A DNA stretch of 64,000 nucleotides. It comes from an uncultured Candidatus Rokubacteria bacterium. Its GTDB lineage: Bacteria; Methylomirabilota; Methylomirabilia; Rokubacteriales; DASRDR01. Location of the stretch: NCBI GenBank assembly GCA_963826115.1, contig CAWGVS010000006.1:544001-608000 (forward strand), in the 5' to 3' direction. Position numbers and translations under genes: made by a program. Positions 1-10,872 of the stretch are shown piece after piece. The number at the start of each line of letters is the position of its first letter. Position 1 is the stretch's first letter. The notes under the pieces were generated by a model that was given only the letters and a program-made list of their open reading frames with translations, did no database searches and had not been told where the DNA came from.

Positions 1-630
1 GAGGTCTCCGGCGTCCCGCACCGGGAGCGCGGCGCGCGGACGGACGAGGGGATCCGCGTCTGCCGGGCGCTCTGGGGGCCGTCGCCGGTCTCCTTCGAGG
101 GCCGGTTCACGCGGTTCGCCGACGTCGTCTTCGAGCCGAAGCCCGTCCAGCCGGGCGGGCCCCCGATCTGGATCGGCGGCCGCTCGGACGCCGCCCTCCG
201 CCGGGCGGCGCGGCTCGGCGACGGCTGGATCGCGTACCTGGTCACGCCGGAGCGGTTCCGCGCGAGCCTCGAGAAGATCGAGGGCTTCGCGCGGGAGGCC
301 GGGAGGCCGCTCGGGCCGGGGCGTCCCTTCGAGGCCGCCCACGTGCTCTTCACCGTCGTCGACGCGGACTACGAGGCGGCGCGGGCGACCGCCGCGCGCT
401 ACCTCGAGCACCAGTACAACCAGCCGTTCGACGATCTGGCGCGGAAGTACTGCCTGCTGGGTCCCCCCGACGCGTGCCTCGCGAAGCTCGCCGAGTTCGC
501 CGCCGCGGGCGTCCGCACCTTCGTCGTCTACTTCGCGGTGCCCGCGGAGCGGGTCCCGGAGCAGCTCGAGCGCTTCGGGGCCGAGGTCATGCCGCGGATG
601 CCGGGCTGGGCGGGGCCGGGCGCAGCGTAG
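1..630 (+). CDS. LLM-class flavin-dependent oxidoreductase (5'-truncated by window edge)
   Basis: Frame 1 from base 1 reads ...RGARTDEGIRVCRALW...FEGRF...PKPVQPGGPPIWIGGRSDAALRRAARLGDGW..., typical luciferase-like motifs; stop at 628-630. Confidence 0.9.
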   Translation, partial: EVSGVPHRERGARTDEGIRVCRALWGPSPVSFEGRFTRFADVVFEPKPVQPGGPPIWIGGRSDAALRRAARLGDGWIAYLVTPERFRASLEKIEGFAREAGRPLGPGRPFEAAHVLFTVVDADYEAARATAARYLEHQYNQPFDDLARKYCLLGPPDACLAKLAEFAAAGVRTFVVYFAVPAERVPEQLERFGAEVMPRMPGWAGPGAA

Positions 631-631
631 C

Positions 632-2281
632 ATGGCGGACGCAACCGGAGGCGAGCTGGTCGCGCGCGTCCTCGCGCGCGAGGGCGTGCCGGTCATCTTC
701 ACGCTCTGCGGTGGCCACGTCCTGCCGATCTACGATGGCTGCCTCCGTCACGGGATCCGCATCGTCGACGTGCGGCACGAGCAGGCTGCGGCGCACGCCG
801 CGGACGCGTGGGCGCGGCTGACCCGCGGGCTCGGCGTCGCGGTGGTCGTGCCCGGGCCCGGCGTGACGGACGCCGTCACCGGCGTGGCCAACGCCCACGC
901 CGCGCGGAGCCCGCTGCTCCTGATCGGGGGTGGCTCGCCGCTCGGGCTCAAAGGGCAGGGCGCCCTCCAGGAGATGGACCAGGTCTCGCTGATGCGGCCG
1001 ATCACGAAGGGCGCGTGGGCGGTGCCGGAGCCGCGCCTCATCCCCGAGTACCTGGGGCGCGCGATCGACGTCGCGCTCTCCGGCCAGCCGGGACCGGTCT
1101 TCATCGAGATCGCGGTCGACCTCCTGATGTCGACGGTCGACGAGCGGGACGCGGTCCTGCCGGCCGCCGGTCCGCGCGGCCGCCCGGCGCCCGATCCGGA
1201 GGCGGTCGACCGCGTGGGAGCGCTCCTTCGCGACGCGGAGCGGCCGGCGGTGGTGGCGGGGAGCGGCGTGTACTGGGACGGCGCCTGGGACGCCCTCGCC
1301 CGGCTGGCCGAGCGCGCGGGCGTGCCGGTGTTCACGAACGGCATGGGGCGGGGATGCCTTCCGCACGACCACCCGATGGCGTTCCAGCTGGCGCGAGGTG
1401 TGGCGCTCCGCGAGGCCGACGTGGTGCTCGTGCTCGGGACGCCCCTCGACTTCCGGCTCGGCTACGGCCAGGCGCCGGTGTTCGGCGAGGGCGCCCGCGT
1501 CGTGATGGTCGACGCCGCCGGCGGCGACTTCGGCAAGAATCGCACGCTCGCCGCCGGCCTCGCCGCGGACGTCCGGCTGACCCTCGAGGCCCTCGCCTCC
1601 GCCGTCCCGCCAGGGCTCGCCGCGCGAAGCGAGGGCTGGCGCCGCCGCCTCCGCGAGAAGGAGGACGCCGAGCGCGGGAAGCAGGCGGTCCTCGCCGCGT
1701 CGGACCGGACGCCCATCACCCACTACCGGCTGGCCGCCGAGCTCGCCGCCGTCGTGAGCGACGAGACGTGCCTCGTCGCGGACGGCGGCGACGTGGTGAC
1801 GTGCGCGTCGAAGGTCGTGCCGCTGTCGCGCCCCGCGCAGTGGCTCGACCCGGGGCCGCTCGGAGTCCTCGGGGTCGGCCCGCCGTTCGCGATCGCGGCT
1901 AAGGCGCTCCATCCCGAGTGGCGCGTGCTCCTCCTGTCGGGGGACGGTGCGTTCGGGCTGAACGGCATGGAGCTCGAGACCGCGGTGCGCTTCGACCTGC
2001 CCCTCGTCTGCGTCGTCGGGAACGACGGCGGGTGGGGCATGATCCGGTCGGTCCAGCAGAATTTCTACGGGCGCGAGCGGACCGTCGCGACGTCCTTGCC
2101 CTTCACCCGCTACGACCGGCTCGTCGAGGCGCTGGGCGGGGTGGGAGAGACGATCGAGGACCCGCGCCGGCTCCGGCCCGCGCTCGAGCGCGCGCTCGAC
2201 TCCGGCCGGGTCGCGTGCCTGAATGTTATCCTGGACCCCGACGCCTACCGCCGCGAGGGCGGCGGCAGTCTGGCCATCTGA
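632..2281 (+). CDS. ThDP-dependent enzyme, acetolactate synthase-like / 2-hydroxyacyl-CoA lyase-like
   Basis: [27 protein letters not shown], ThDP motif GDGAFG...NDGGW. Confidence 0.9.
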   Translation: MADATGGELVARVLAREGVPVIFTLCGGHVLPIYDGCLRHGIRIVDVRHEQAAAHAADAWARLTRGLGVAVVVPGPGVTDAVTGVANAHAARSPLLLIGGGSPLGLKGQGALQEMDQVSLMRPITKGAWAVPEPRLIPEYLGRAIDVALSGQPGPVFIEIAVDLLMSTVDERDAVLPAAGPRGRPAPDPEAVDRVGALLRDAERPAVVAGSGVYWDGAWDALARLAERAGVPVFTNGMGRGCLPHDHPMAFQLARGVALREADVVLVLGTPLDFRLGYGQAPVFGEGARVVMVDAAGGDFGKNRTLAAGLAADVRLTLEALASAVPPGLAARSEGWRRRLREKEDAERGKQAVLAASDRTPITHYRLAAELAAVVSDETCLVADGGDVVTCASKVVPLSRPAQWLDPGPLGVLGVGPPFAIAAKALHPEWRVLLLSGDGAFGLNGMELETAVRFDLPLVCVVGNDGGWGMIRSVQQNFYGRERTVATSLPFTRYDRLVEALGGVGETIEDPRRLRPALERALDSGRVACLNVILDPDAYRREGGGSLAI

Positions 2282-2313
2282 TCGCCGGGCCCGAGGGCCG
2301 CGGGGGAGCGCCG

Positions 2314-3735
<1,422 letters not shown>

Positions 3736-3768
3736 ACCGACGCGCCTCGCGCCGGCCGGCGGGGCGCG

Positions 3769-4629
3769 TCAGAGCGCCGTGATCAGGTACACGCCGAGGA
3801 CGATGAGCAGCGTGCCCACGATCAACCGCGCGCTGAGCCGCTCGACGTCGCGGAGGAACACGGCGGAGAGGGCGAGCACGAAGAGGGGCATGGCCCCGAC
3901 GAGCGGCGCCACCACCGTGACCGTGCCCACCTGGAGCGCGATCACGCCGAGGAGCACCCCCGCGTTCTCGGCGATCCCGGCCGCGATCAGGTAGCCGAGG
4001 CTCGGCGCGTCGCAGCGCGCGCGGCGCCGGTGGCCGGTCGCCGCGAGAAACGCGGTCACCGCGACGAGGGCCGTGGTCACGTTCACGGCGAAGCCGGTCA
4101 TGGGGCCCGCGCCGCCGAGGCCGAGCTTCCTCAGGATCGCGACCGCGCCGAAGGCCAGCGCGGAGAGGAACGGGAACAGGAGCTCCGCGGGCCGGAAGCC
4201 CTGGATCCGGCCGCTGGCCGAGAGCAGCCCCGTGCCCGCCACGATCACCACCGTGCCGGCGACGACGCGCGACGTCACGGTCTCGCCGAGGAGCAGGATC
4301 GCGAGGCCGGCGGAGATGAACGGGTGGAGGTTGATGAGCGCCGCCGCCACCGACGCCCCGACCCGGTCGATGCTCACGAAGCGGAGGAGCCGCCCCGCCG
4401 TCGTCCCCACCAGGCCCGCGAGGACGAAGTAGAGGACCCCGCGGCGGTTGACGGACTCCCCGGACGCGAGGAGCAGGACGGCGGCCCAGAGGCCGGCCGT
4501 GCCGACGACGAGGTTGATCCAGTAGCTGGTGAGCGCGTCGGCGCCGCGAAGGCCCTGCCGGATCAGGATCGTGGCGACGGCCGTGAGCGCGCCGCTCCCG
4601 AGCGCGAAGACGTAGACGGGCTCCGGCAG
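3769..4629 (-). CDS. EamA/DMT family transporter (probable CTG start)
   Basis: Multiple hydrophobic helices, ILLLGE and FLRDVE motifs; frame continues upstream of the listed GTG (4410) to LPEPVYVFALGSGALTAVATILIRQGL, preceded by GAGGA. Confidence 0.8.
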   Translation of the reverse strand: MPEPVYVFALGSGALTAVATILIRQGLRGADALTSYWINLVVGTAGLWAAVLLLASGESVNRRGVLYFVLAGLVGTTAGRLLRFVSIDRVGASVAAALINLHPFISAGLAILLLGETVTSRVVAGTVVIVAGTGLLSASGRIQGFRPAELLFPFLSALAFGAVAILRKLGLGGAGPMTGFAVNVTTALVAVTAFLAATGHRRRARCDAPSLGYLIAAGIAENAGVLLGVIALQVGTVTVVAPLVGAMPLFVLALSAVFLRDVERLSARLIVGTLLIVLGVYLITAL

Positions 4630-4947
4630 GGGCGTCGTCCTCGAGCCCCGGTCAGGCGTCCCTGCGTCGTGTCATGCCGTCGTCTCGCCGTCGAGCCAGC
4701 GTCGCGGGCGGGGGAGGCTCGACTGCGAGTGGCCCGAGCGCCCCGTGGCCCCGGCAAGAATACAGCGGGGTGGGCGCACGCGACAGGTGGCGGGTCATGT
4801 GACGGTTTCTGACCGGGTGTGCTCAGGGTGGGTCCGATGCTGCGCCGTTCCATCGGGACCACCCGCTGGCCGTAGCCGTTCCGTAACCTAGCGCGGGATT
4901 TCACGGTATGCGCCATGGAGCCCGCTTCGCGCACCTGTCCGCTGCCC

Positions 4948-4963
4948 TGGCATGGCGGTTGCT
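4948..4963 (+). promoter_or_regulatory. Sigma-54 (-24/-12) promoter
   Basis: TGGCATGGCGGTTGCT matches TGGCAC-N5-TTGCW with exact GG-N10-GC spacing. Confidence 0.7.
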
Positions 4964-5034
4964 CATCCTGATGAGGCATGGCCGAGTCCCGGGACGAGGC
5001 ACCGAGCCTCAACCGGCAGGAGGAGGTGGCGGCC

Positions 5035-5229
5035 ATGGGCGGTCCCTGGAGAGAGCGGGGGTTCGATGCGGCGGTGCTGCAATCACCCCGACCCGCTGGC
5101 GCGCGCCGCGCCGTGCTGGTGACGCGGGAGTCCGCGCACGAGCGGCTTGGGAAGGTCGTCCTCGTCTACATCGCGGCGGTGGTGATGTCGTTCGGGCTGA
5201 TGCTGAGCCTCATGCAGCTCGGCTGGTGA
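5035..5229 (+). CDS. Small membrane protein (64 aa, one C-terminal TM helix)
   Basis: Strong AGGAGGAGG RBS before ATG 5035 (alternative ATG 4978); C-terminal VVLVYIAAVVMSFGLMLSLMQLGW. Confidence 0.6.
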   Translation: MGGPWRERGFDAAVLQSPRPAGARRAVLVTRESAHERLGKVVLVYIAAVVMSFGLMLSLMQLGW

Positions 5230-5339
5230 GGCGCGGCCCCGCGCCCGGCCTCGTCCGCCCGCATCCCGGGCGCTGAGCACCCGCCGCCCGTCCGGGCGTC
5301 TGGTCCGGCGGTAGTGACGGTCGTCGTCCGGGCGTTGCC

Positions 5340-5368
5340 TTGACCCCTCCGGGGCCGGCTCTTAGAAT
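5340..5368 (+). promoter_or_regulatory. Sigma-70 promoter of fmdB-like gene
   Basis: TTGACC-17bp-TAGAAT, ending 10 nt before ATG 5379. Confidence 0.7.
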
Positions 5369-5378
5369 TTCCCTTGGC

Positions 5379-5744
5379 ATGCCCATCTACGAGTACCACT
5401 GCGCCGACTGCCGGCGGGCGGTCAGTCTCCTCGTCATGCGGATCTCCGATCCGACCCCGCCCAGTTGCCCGCGCTGCGGGGGCAGCCAGCTCCGCCGCTT
5501 GATGTCGCGGTTCGCGACCATCCGCTCCGAGGAGGACCGTCTCGAGTCTCTGGCCGATCCCTCGAGCCTCGGCGACCTGAACGAGGACGACCCGAAGAGC
5601 GTGGCGCGGTGGATGAAGAAGATGGGCACCGAGATGGGGGAGGACCTCGGCGACGACGTCGACGAGGCCCTGGAGGACGAGGCCGCGGCGGGGTCCGACC
5701 TGGAGGGGTCCTCGGAAACGTCCGGAGGTGGGGACGACCTCTGA
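5379..5744 (+). CDS. FmdB-family zinc-ribbon protein with acidic tail
   Basis: MPIYEYHCADC...CPRCGG...RRLMSRF. Confidence 0.88.
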   Translation: MPIYEYHCADCRRAVSLLVMRISDPTPPSCPRCGGSQLRRLMSRFATIRSEEDRLESLADPSSLGDLNEDDPKSVARWMKKMGTEMGEDLGDDVDEALEDEAAAGSDLEGSSETSGGGDDL

Positions 5745-5864
5745 CGGGGCCCCGAACCCCCCCGGAGGTCCCGCCCGTCTCAACATCGGACAAATGAGCG
5801 CTCCGAGGATGCGGCACCGGCGGCGGGGCTGCCGGAGTCCGTTCGTCGACGTGGCGTAATCCCC

Positions 5865-6860
5865 ATGAGAATCGAGCATTTCTCCGACTGGGACGGCCTC
5901 GGGATCGGCGAGGCGGGCTGGAACCGTCTCGTCGAGCGGTGTCGAGCGCCGGTGCCGTTCGCGACCTGGCAGTTCCAGACGACGTGGTTCCGCGCCTTTG
6001 CCCCCGGGCCCCTTCACCTCTTCGCCGCCCAGGATGGGGCGGGCGAATGGGTGGGCCTCCTGCCCCTCTACGAGACGACGACGCCCGACGGCCCCGTCCT
6101 GCGCCTCGTCGGCGGGACGGACGTCACCGACTACCTCGACCTGATCGCGGTGGCCGGCCGCGAGGAGGAAGTCTGGAAGGCGATGCTGCCCGCCCTCGGC
6201 GACGTCGCCTGGCGGGCCGTCGACCTCCGCCCCGTTCCCGCCGCCTCGCCGACGCCGGGCCTCCTGCGGGGCCTGGCGGCCTCGTCGAGCCTCGAGGTCC
6301 GCGTCGACGTGGAGGACCGGTGCCCGGTGATCGAGCTCGCCGACACGTGGGACGGCTACCTCGGGCGCCTTTCCGGGAAGGACCGTCACGAGCTCCGGCG
6401 GAAGATCCGGCGGGCCGAGGCGGGACGCCCCCGGGTCGAGGTTGCGCGAGACCCGGCGGCGATGGACGCGCTGATGGACGGCTTCGTCGCGCTCCACCGG
6501 CTCTCCAAGGTCGGCAAGGCGCGCTTCATGGACGAGCCGATGGAGGCCTTCTTCCGCGACCTCGGGCGCTTGCTGTCCCGCGCGGGCCTCGCGTCCCTCT
6601 GGATGCTCTGGCTCGAGGATCGGCCGGCAGCGGCGCTCTTCTGCCTCGAGCAGGCCGGCAGCGTGGGCCTCTACAACTCCGGCTTCGACCCGGAGGCCCG
6701 TGCGATGTCCCCGGGCGTCGTCCTCATCGCGCGCACGATCGAGGACGCGATCGCGCGCGGCTTCCGGCGCTACGATTTCCTCCGGGGCGAGGAGCCCTAC
6801 AAGTACGGCTTCGGCGCCGTGCCGACGGAAGTCCTGCGCGTGACGCTGGAGCGGTCGTGA
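5865..6860 (+). CDS. GNAT-family N-acetyltransferase (CelD/BcsL-like)
   Basis: DVTDYLDL, LSGKDRHELRRK, YNSGFDP, SPGVVL, YDFLRGEEPYK. Confidence 0.88.
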   Translation: MRIEHFSDWDGLGIGEAGWNRLVERCRAPVPFATWQFQTTWFRAFAPGPLHLFAAQDGAGEWVGLLPLYETTTPDGPVLRLVGGTDVTDYLDLIAVAGREEEVWKAMLPALGDVAWRAVDLRPVPAASPTPGLLRGLAASSSLEVRVDVEDRCPVIELADTWDGYLGRLSGKDRHELRRKIRRAEAGRPRVEVARDPAAMDALMDGFVALHRLSKVGKARFMDEPMEAFFRDLGRLLSRAGLASLWMLWLEDRPAAALFCLEQAGSVGLYNSGFDPEARAMSPGVVLIARTIEDAIARGFRRYDFLRGEEPYKYGFGAVPTEVLRVTLERS

Positions 6861-8152
6861 CCCCGGTGCTCTCCGTCCGAGCTGTCCGCCCCTCGCGGAT
6901 CGCCATGCTGTCGGTGCACACGTGCCCGCTCGCGGCGCTCGGCGGCAAGGAGACGGGCGGCATGAACGTCTACGTGCGCGAGGTCGCGCGCGCCCTCGGC
7001 CGCCTCGGCTTCGAGATCGACGTGTTCACGCGCAGCCAGGATCCCGCGATTCCGGAGGTGGTGCGGCTCGGGCCGGGCGCGCAGGTGGTCCACGTGCCCG
7101 CCGGCCCCGCCCGCCCGATCGCCCGCGCCGACGTGGCGGGCCACCTCGACGAGTTCGCCGACGGCGTGGAGGCGTTCCGCGCGCGCAAGGCCGCCCGCTA
7201 CGGCCTGGTTCACAGCCACTACTGGCTGTCGGGGCTCGCGGGGCTCGAGCTCGCGCGCCGCTGGGAGGCGCCGCTCGTCCACATGTTCCACACGCTCGGG
7301 GCCATCAAGAACGCGGTCGCGCGCGGGTCAGGCGACACCGAGCCCGCGGAGCGCCTGGCCGCCGAGGTGCGCATCGCGGCCGGCGCGGACCGGATCGTGG
7401 CCTCGAACCTGGTCGAGCGCGCCGACCTCGCCTGGCACGTCGGCGCCGACCCGGGCCGGGTGACCGTCATCCCGTGCGGGGTGGACGTCGAGCTCTTCCG
7501 GCCCCGCCCGGCCGCGGCCGCCCGCGGTCGCCTCGGGCTCGACGCCGAGCACGTCCTGCTCTTCGTGGGGCGGCTCACGCCGATCAAGGGTCTGGAGACG
7601 CTCCTCCGGGCGCTCTCGGCGCTTCGGTCCGACGGGCTCGCCGCGGCGCGGCTCAAGCTCCTGGTCGTCGGGGGCACGAAGGGCGACGAGGCCGGGAGCG
7701 AGCACCTGCGCCGGCTCGCGCACGATCTGGGGATCGGCGCCTGGGTCGACTTCCGGGGTCCTCAGCCGCAGGACGCGCTCCCGGACTACTACGCCGCGGC
7801 CGACGTGTGCCTGATCCCGTCGCGCTACGAGTCCTTCGGGATGGTCGCGCTCGAGGCGATGGCGTCCGGCGTGCCCGTCGTCGCGTCGCGCGCGGGCGGG
7901 CTCGCCGTCACCGTCCAGGACGGGGCGACGGGCCGCCTGGTGCCGGAGGGCGACGTGAGCGCCCTCGCGCGGGTCGTGGCGGAGCTGCTCGCCGACGAGC
8001 CGGGCCGGCGCGCGCTGGGCATCCGGGCGGTCGAGTGGGCCCGCCGCTTCGCGTGGCCGTCCGTCGGTCGGAGCGTCGTCGACCTCTACGCGGAGCTCTT
8101 GCCCGCGTCCGAGGGAGCGGTCGGCGCCTTGGCTTGCCGCTCCGTCCTCTAG
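6857..8152 (+). CDS. GT4 glycosyltransferase, MshA-like
   Basis: RIAMLSVHTCPLAALGGKETGGMNVYV, HSHYWLSG, HMFHTLG, PSRYESFGMVALEAMASG; GTG overlaps upstream TGA. Confidence 0.88.
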   Translation: MTPVLSVRAVRPSRIAMLSVHTCPLAALGGKETGGMNVYVREVARALGRLGFEIDVFTRSQDPAIPEVVRLGPGAQVVHVPAGPARPIARADVAGHLDEFADGVEAFRARKAARYGLVHSHYWLSGLAGLELARRWEAPLVHMFHTLGAIKNAVARGSGDTEPAERLAAEVRIAAGADRIVASNLVERADLAWHVGADPGRVTVIPCGVDVELFRPRPAAAARGRLGLDAEHVLLFVGRLTPIKGLETLLRALSALRSDGLAAARLKLLVVGGTKGDEAGSEHLRRLAHDLGIGAWVDFRGPQPQDALPDYYAAADVCLIPSRYESFGMVALEAMASGVPVVASRAGGLAVTVQDGATGRLVPEGDVSALARVVAELLADEPGRRALGIRAVEWARRFAWPSVGRSVVDLYAELLPASEGAVGALACRSVL

Positions 8153-8183
8153 CGCCCGCCGTCGGGCGGGGACGAGCTTCGGA

Positions 8184-8684
8184 CTAGCCGGGCCGGCGCG
8201 CGGGAACGCGCTGCGACATGATCAGCCGGCCGGACACCGTGAACGCCTCGATCTCGACGTAGTGCTGCGTCTCGCGGCCGGCGCCGTTCGCGTGGCCGAC
8301 TTCCATCTCGACGCGCGCGGGGGGATGGGGGAACCGCGGTAGCTCGAGCTCGACCGATTCGGAGCAGGTCGGGCAGCGGTGCGTGACGGCGCCGTTCCGC
8401 GCGCTGACTGCCGGGGTTGCCGCCCGGGCGGGCTGGGCGACCGCGGAGGCGTCCTCGGACACGGCCGCCACCGAGAGGAGCGCGATGGGGCGCGGGCGCC
8501 GCCGGTCGTTCGTGCGACGGTCCATGGCGGGGCCGAGGCTCCCGCGTCGCCGCTCGCGGCTCCGCCGGTCCAGGAGCACCTCGACCCCCGAGCCCTCGAG
8601 TCGCTGGCGCAGGACCTCGTAGAGGGCGTGCTCGTTCGGCTTGACCACCAGGAACCAGTGAGGCTTCGATCCGTTGGTGCCCAT
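8184..8684 (-). CDS. Hypothetical protein with DRRxxERR motif and CPTC
   Basis: FLVVKPNEHALYEVLRQRLEGSGVEVLLDRRSRERRR; sigma-54 site directly upstream. Confidence 0.7.
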   Translation of the reverse strand: MGTNGSKPHWFLVVKPNEHALYEVLRQRLEGSGVEVLLDRRSRERRRGSLGPAMDRRTNDRRRPRPIALLSVAAVSEDASAVAQPARAATPAVSARNGAVTHRCPTCSESVELELPRFPHPPARVEMEVGHANGAGRETQHYVEIEAFTVSGRLIMSQRVPARRPG

Positions 8685-8698
8685 CGCGGTAAAACCGA

Positions 8699-8714
8699 AG
8701 CAACGTACATGCCA
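8699..8714 (-). promoter_or_regulatory. Sigma-54 (-24/-12) promoter
   Basis: Minus strand TGGCATGTACGTTGCT, exact spacing, just upstream of ATG 8684. Confidence 0.72.
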
Positions 8715-8829
8715 CGGTGAAAGTGCCCGTAAACAGGAGGGAAGGCTGACTTCAGGCGCCCGGTCGGCGCGCCTGGAGCGGGAGGACTTCCACGGGCCGG
8801 GAACTTCACCGCACCCCGGGACGGGGTGC

Positions 8830-9729
8830 CTACTGCGTGCGCAGTCGAGGATCGAGCGCGTCGCGGAGCGAATCGCCGAACAGATTGAAGGCGAAGACCG
8901 CGAGGCTGATCGCCAGGCCCGGGAAGATGCCCATCCACGGCGCGGTCTCGGCGAACTCCACCGCCGCGCCCCGCAGCATGAGGCCCCACGCGGCCGTCGG
9001 CTCCTGCACGCCGAGACCGAGGAACGAGAGCGACGCCTCGAGGAGGACCGCCTGGCCCACGAAGGCGGTCAGCATGATCAAGAACGGCGCCATCACGTTC
9101 GGGAGCATGTGCCGGAAGATGATCCGCCCGTGGCCGTAGCCGGCCGCGCGCGCGGCGTCGACGTACGGCATCTCGCGGACGGCGAGGGCACTCGAGCGGA
9201 CCACCAGGGCGCAGCGCGGGATCATCGGGATCGTGATCGCCAGGATGACGTTGAAAGCGCCGGTCCCGAGGATCACCACCACCGCGAGCGCCAGGATGAT
9301 GATCGGCAGCGACAGGAACACGTCCATGATCCGCTGGAGGATCAGGTCGAACCGCCCGCCGAAGTACGCGCTGGCCACGCCGATGACGGCGCCCAGCGTC
9401 GCGCCGATGGTGGAGGCGCCGAACCCGACGAGGAGCGCGGTGCGCGAGCCGAAGAGGAGGCGCGAGTAGACGTCCCGCCCGTGCGCGTCGGTGCCGAGCC
9501 AGTGCTGCGCGCCCGGCGGCGAGAGCATGGCCCCGTAGTCGTTCGCCAGGGGGTTGTGCGTGGCGAGGACCGGCGCGAAGACGGCGACCAGCACGGTCAG
9601 CACGATGAAGGCCGCGCCGAGGGTGCCCAGCGGGCGGTGACGGACGAACTGCCGGACCGCGTCGAACCGCGGGGCCGCCGCCTCGGCGGCGGGGATGTCG
9701 GCCAGCACCGCGGGCGGATTGACGGCCAT
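8830..9729 (-). CDS. dppC: Peptide/nickel ABC transporter permease (DppC-like)
   Basis: HWLGTDAHGRDVYSR, EMPYVDAARAAG, HMLPN, EASLSFLGLG, GDSLRDALDPR. Confidence 0.93.
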   Translation of the reverse strand: MAVNPPAVLADIPAAEAAAPRFDAVRQFVRHRPLGTLGAAFIVLTVLVAVFAPVLATHNPLANDYGAMLSPPGAQHWLGTDAHGRDVYSRLLFGSRTALLVGFGASTIGATLGAVIGVASAYFGGRFDLILQRIMDVFLSLPIIILALAVVVILGTGAFNVILAITIPMIPRCALVVRSSALAVREMPYVDAARAAGYGHGRIIFRHMLPNVMAPFLIMLTAFVGQAVLLEASLSFLGLGVQEPTAAWGLMLRGAAVEFAETAPWMGIFPGLAISLAVFAFNLFGDSLRDALDPRLRTQ

Positions 9730-9775
9730 CAGGCGTCGCGGGGGGCGCGGAGACGGGTCGCGCGGCCGGCGGCCG

Positions 9776-10732
9776 TCACCGGTACCGGATCCGCGGGTCG
9801 ATCCAGGCGAAGGCCAGGTCGACCAGGAAGTTCACGAAGATGAACGTCGCCGCCACGATGAGCACGAGCGCCTGCGTCAGCGTGTAGTCCCGGTGCGCGA
9901 TCGCCTGGACGAACAGGAGGCCAAGGCCGTTCAGGTTGAAGACCTGCTCGGTCACGACCAGGCCCCCGAGGAGGAAGGCGAATTCGAGCGCGATCACCGT
10001 CAGGACCGGGAGCATGGCGTTCTTGAGCGCGTGGCGGCTCAGGATGAGCCGCTGCCAGAGCCCCTTGGCCCGCGCGGTGCGGATGTAGTCCTCGCGGAGC
10101 ACCTCGAGCATGGCCGAGCGGGTCATCCGGGTCGCGACCGCCGAGTACCGGTAGCCGACGGCGAGCGCCGGCCACACCAGCTGCTCGAGGTTCTGCCAGG
10201 GGTTCACCCAGAACGGCGTGTACACCATCGGTGGGAGCCACCGGAAGATCACCAGGAGCCCGAGGATCATGAGGATGCCCAGCCAGAACGACGGCATCGC
10301 CAGCCCGGCGATCGAGAAGATGCGCACCGCGTAGTCCACCCAGGTGTCCTGGCGGAGGGCGGCCAGGATGCCGAGCGGGACCGCGAGCACGGTGGCCACG
10401 ACGGTGGCCATCAGCGCGAGCTGGAGCGACAGCGCGAAGCGGAGCTTGACCTCCTCCGTGATCGGCGAGCCCGTCCACATCGAGCGCCCGAGGTCGAGCC
10501 TGAGGAGCCCCCCGAGGTAGGCGGCGAACTGGCGCCAGATGGGCTTGTCGAGGCCGAGCTTCGCCCGCTCTTCGTCGAGCATCTTCTGGTCGACGAACTG
10601 GTTCTGGCCGCTGGCGAAGCGCATCTCGACGACGTCGCCCGGCAGGACCCGCAGGAGGACGAAGATGAGCACCGCCACCCCCAGGAGGGTGGGGAACATC
10701 AGGACGACACGCGTGAGGACGTAGCGCGTCAT
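9776..10732 (-). CDS. dppB: Peptide/nickel ABC transporter permease (DppB-like)
   Basis: LGLDKP, DLGRS, EDYIRTARAKGL, HALKNA, IDPRIR. Confidence 0.93.
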   Translation of the reverse strand: MTRYVLTRVVLMFPTLLGVAVLIFVLLRVLPGDVVEMRFASGQNQFVDQKMLDEERAKLGLDKPIWRQFAAYLGGLLRLDLGRSMWTGSPITEEVKLRFALSLQLALMATVVATVLAVPLGILAALRQDTWVDYAVRIFSIAGLAMPSFWLGILMILGLLVIFRWLPPMVYTPFWVNPWQNLEQLVWPALAVGYRYSAVATRMTRSAMLEVLREDYIRTARAKGLWQRLILSRHALKNAMLPVLTVIALEFAFLLGGLVVTEQVFNLNGLGLLFVQAIAHRDYTLTQALVLIVAATFIFVNFLVDLAFAWIDPRIRYR

Positions 10733-10813
10733 GGGGTCAGCCTCGACCTCCCGGCACCTCGGTCGCCATCCTCGGGCGCCGCGCCCTCCCGGAGCGCCCC
10801 GCGCGAGGGACGT

Positions 10814-10839
10814 GGCCGCCGCCCCCGGGGGCGGCGGCC
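10814..10839. terminator. Perfect 26-bp palindrome between dppA and dppB
   Basis: GGCCGCCGCCCCCGGGGGCGGCGGCC is its own reverse complement; position typical of a hairpin after a binding-protein gene. Confidence 0.55.
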
Positions 10840-10872
10840 GGTCTGAACCTTACCGCTCCGTCCCGGCGCGCG

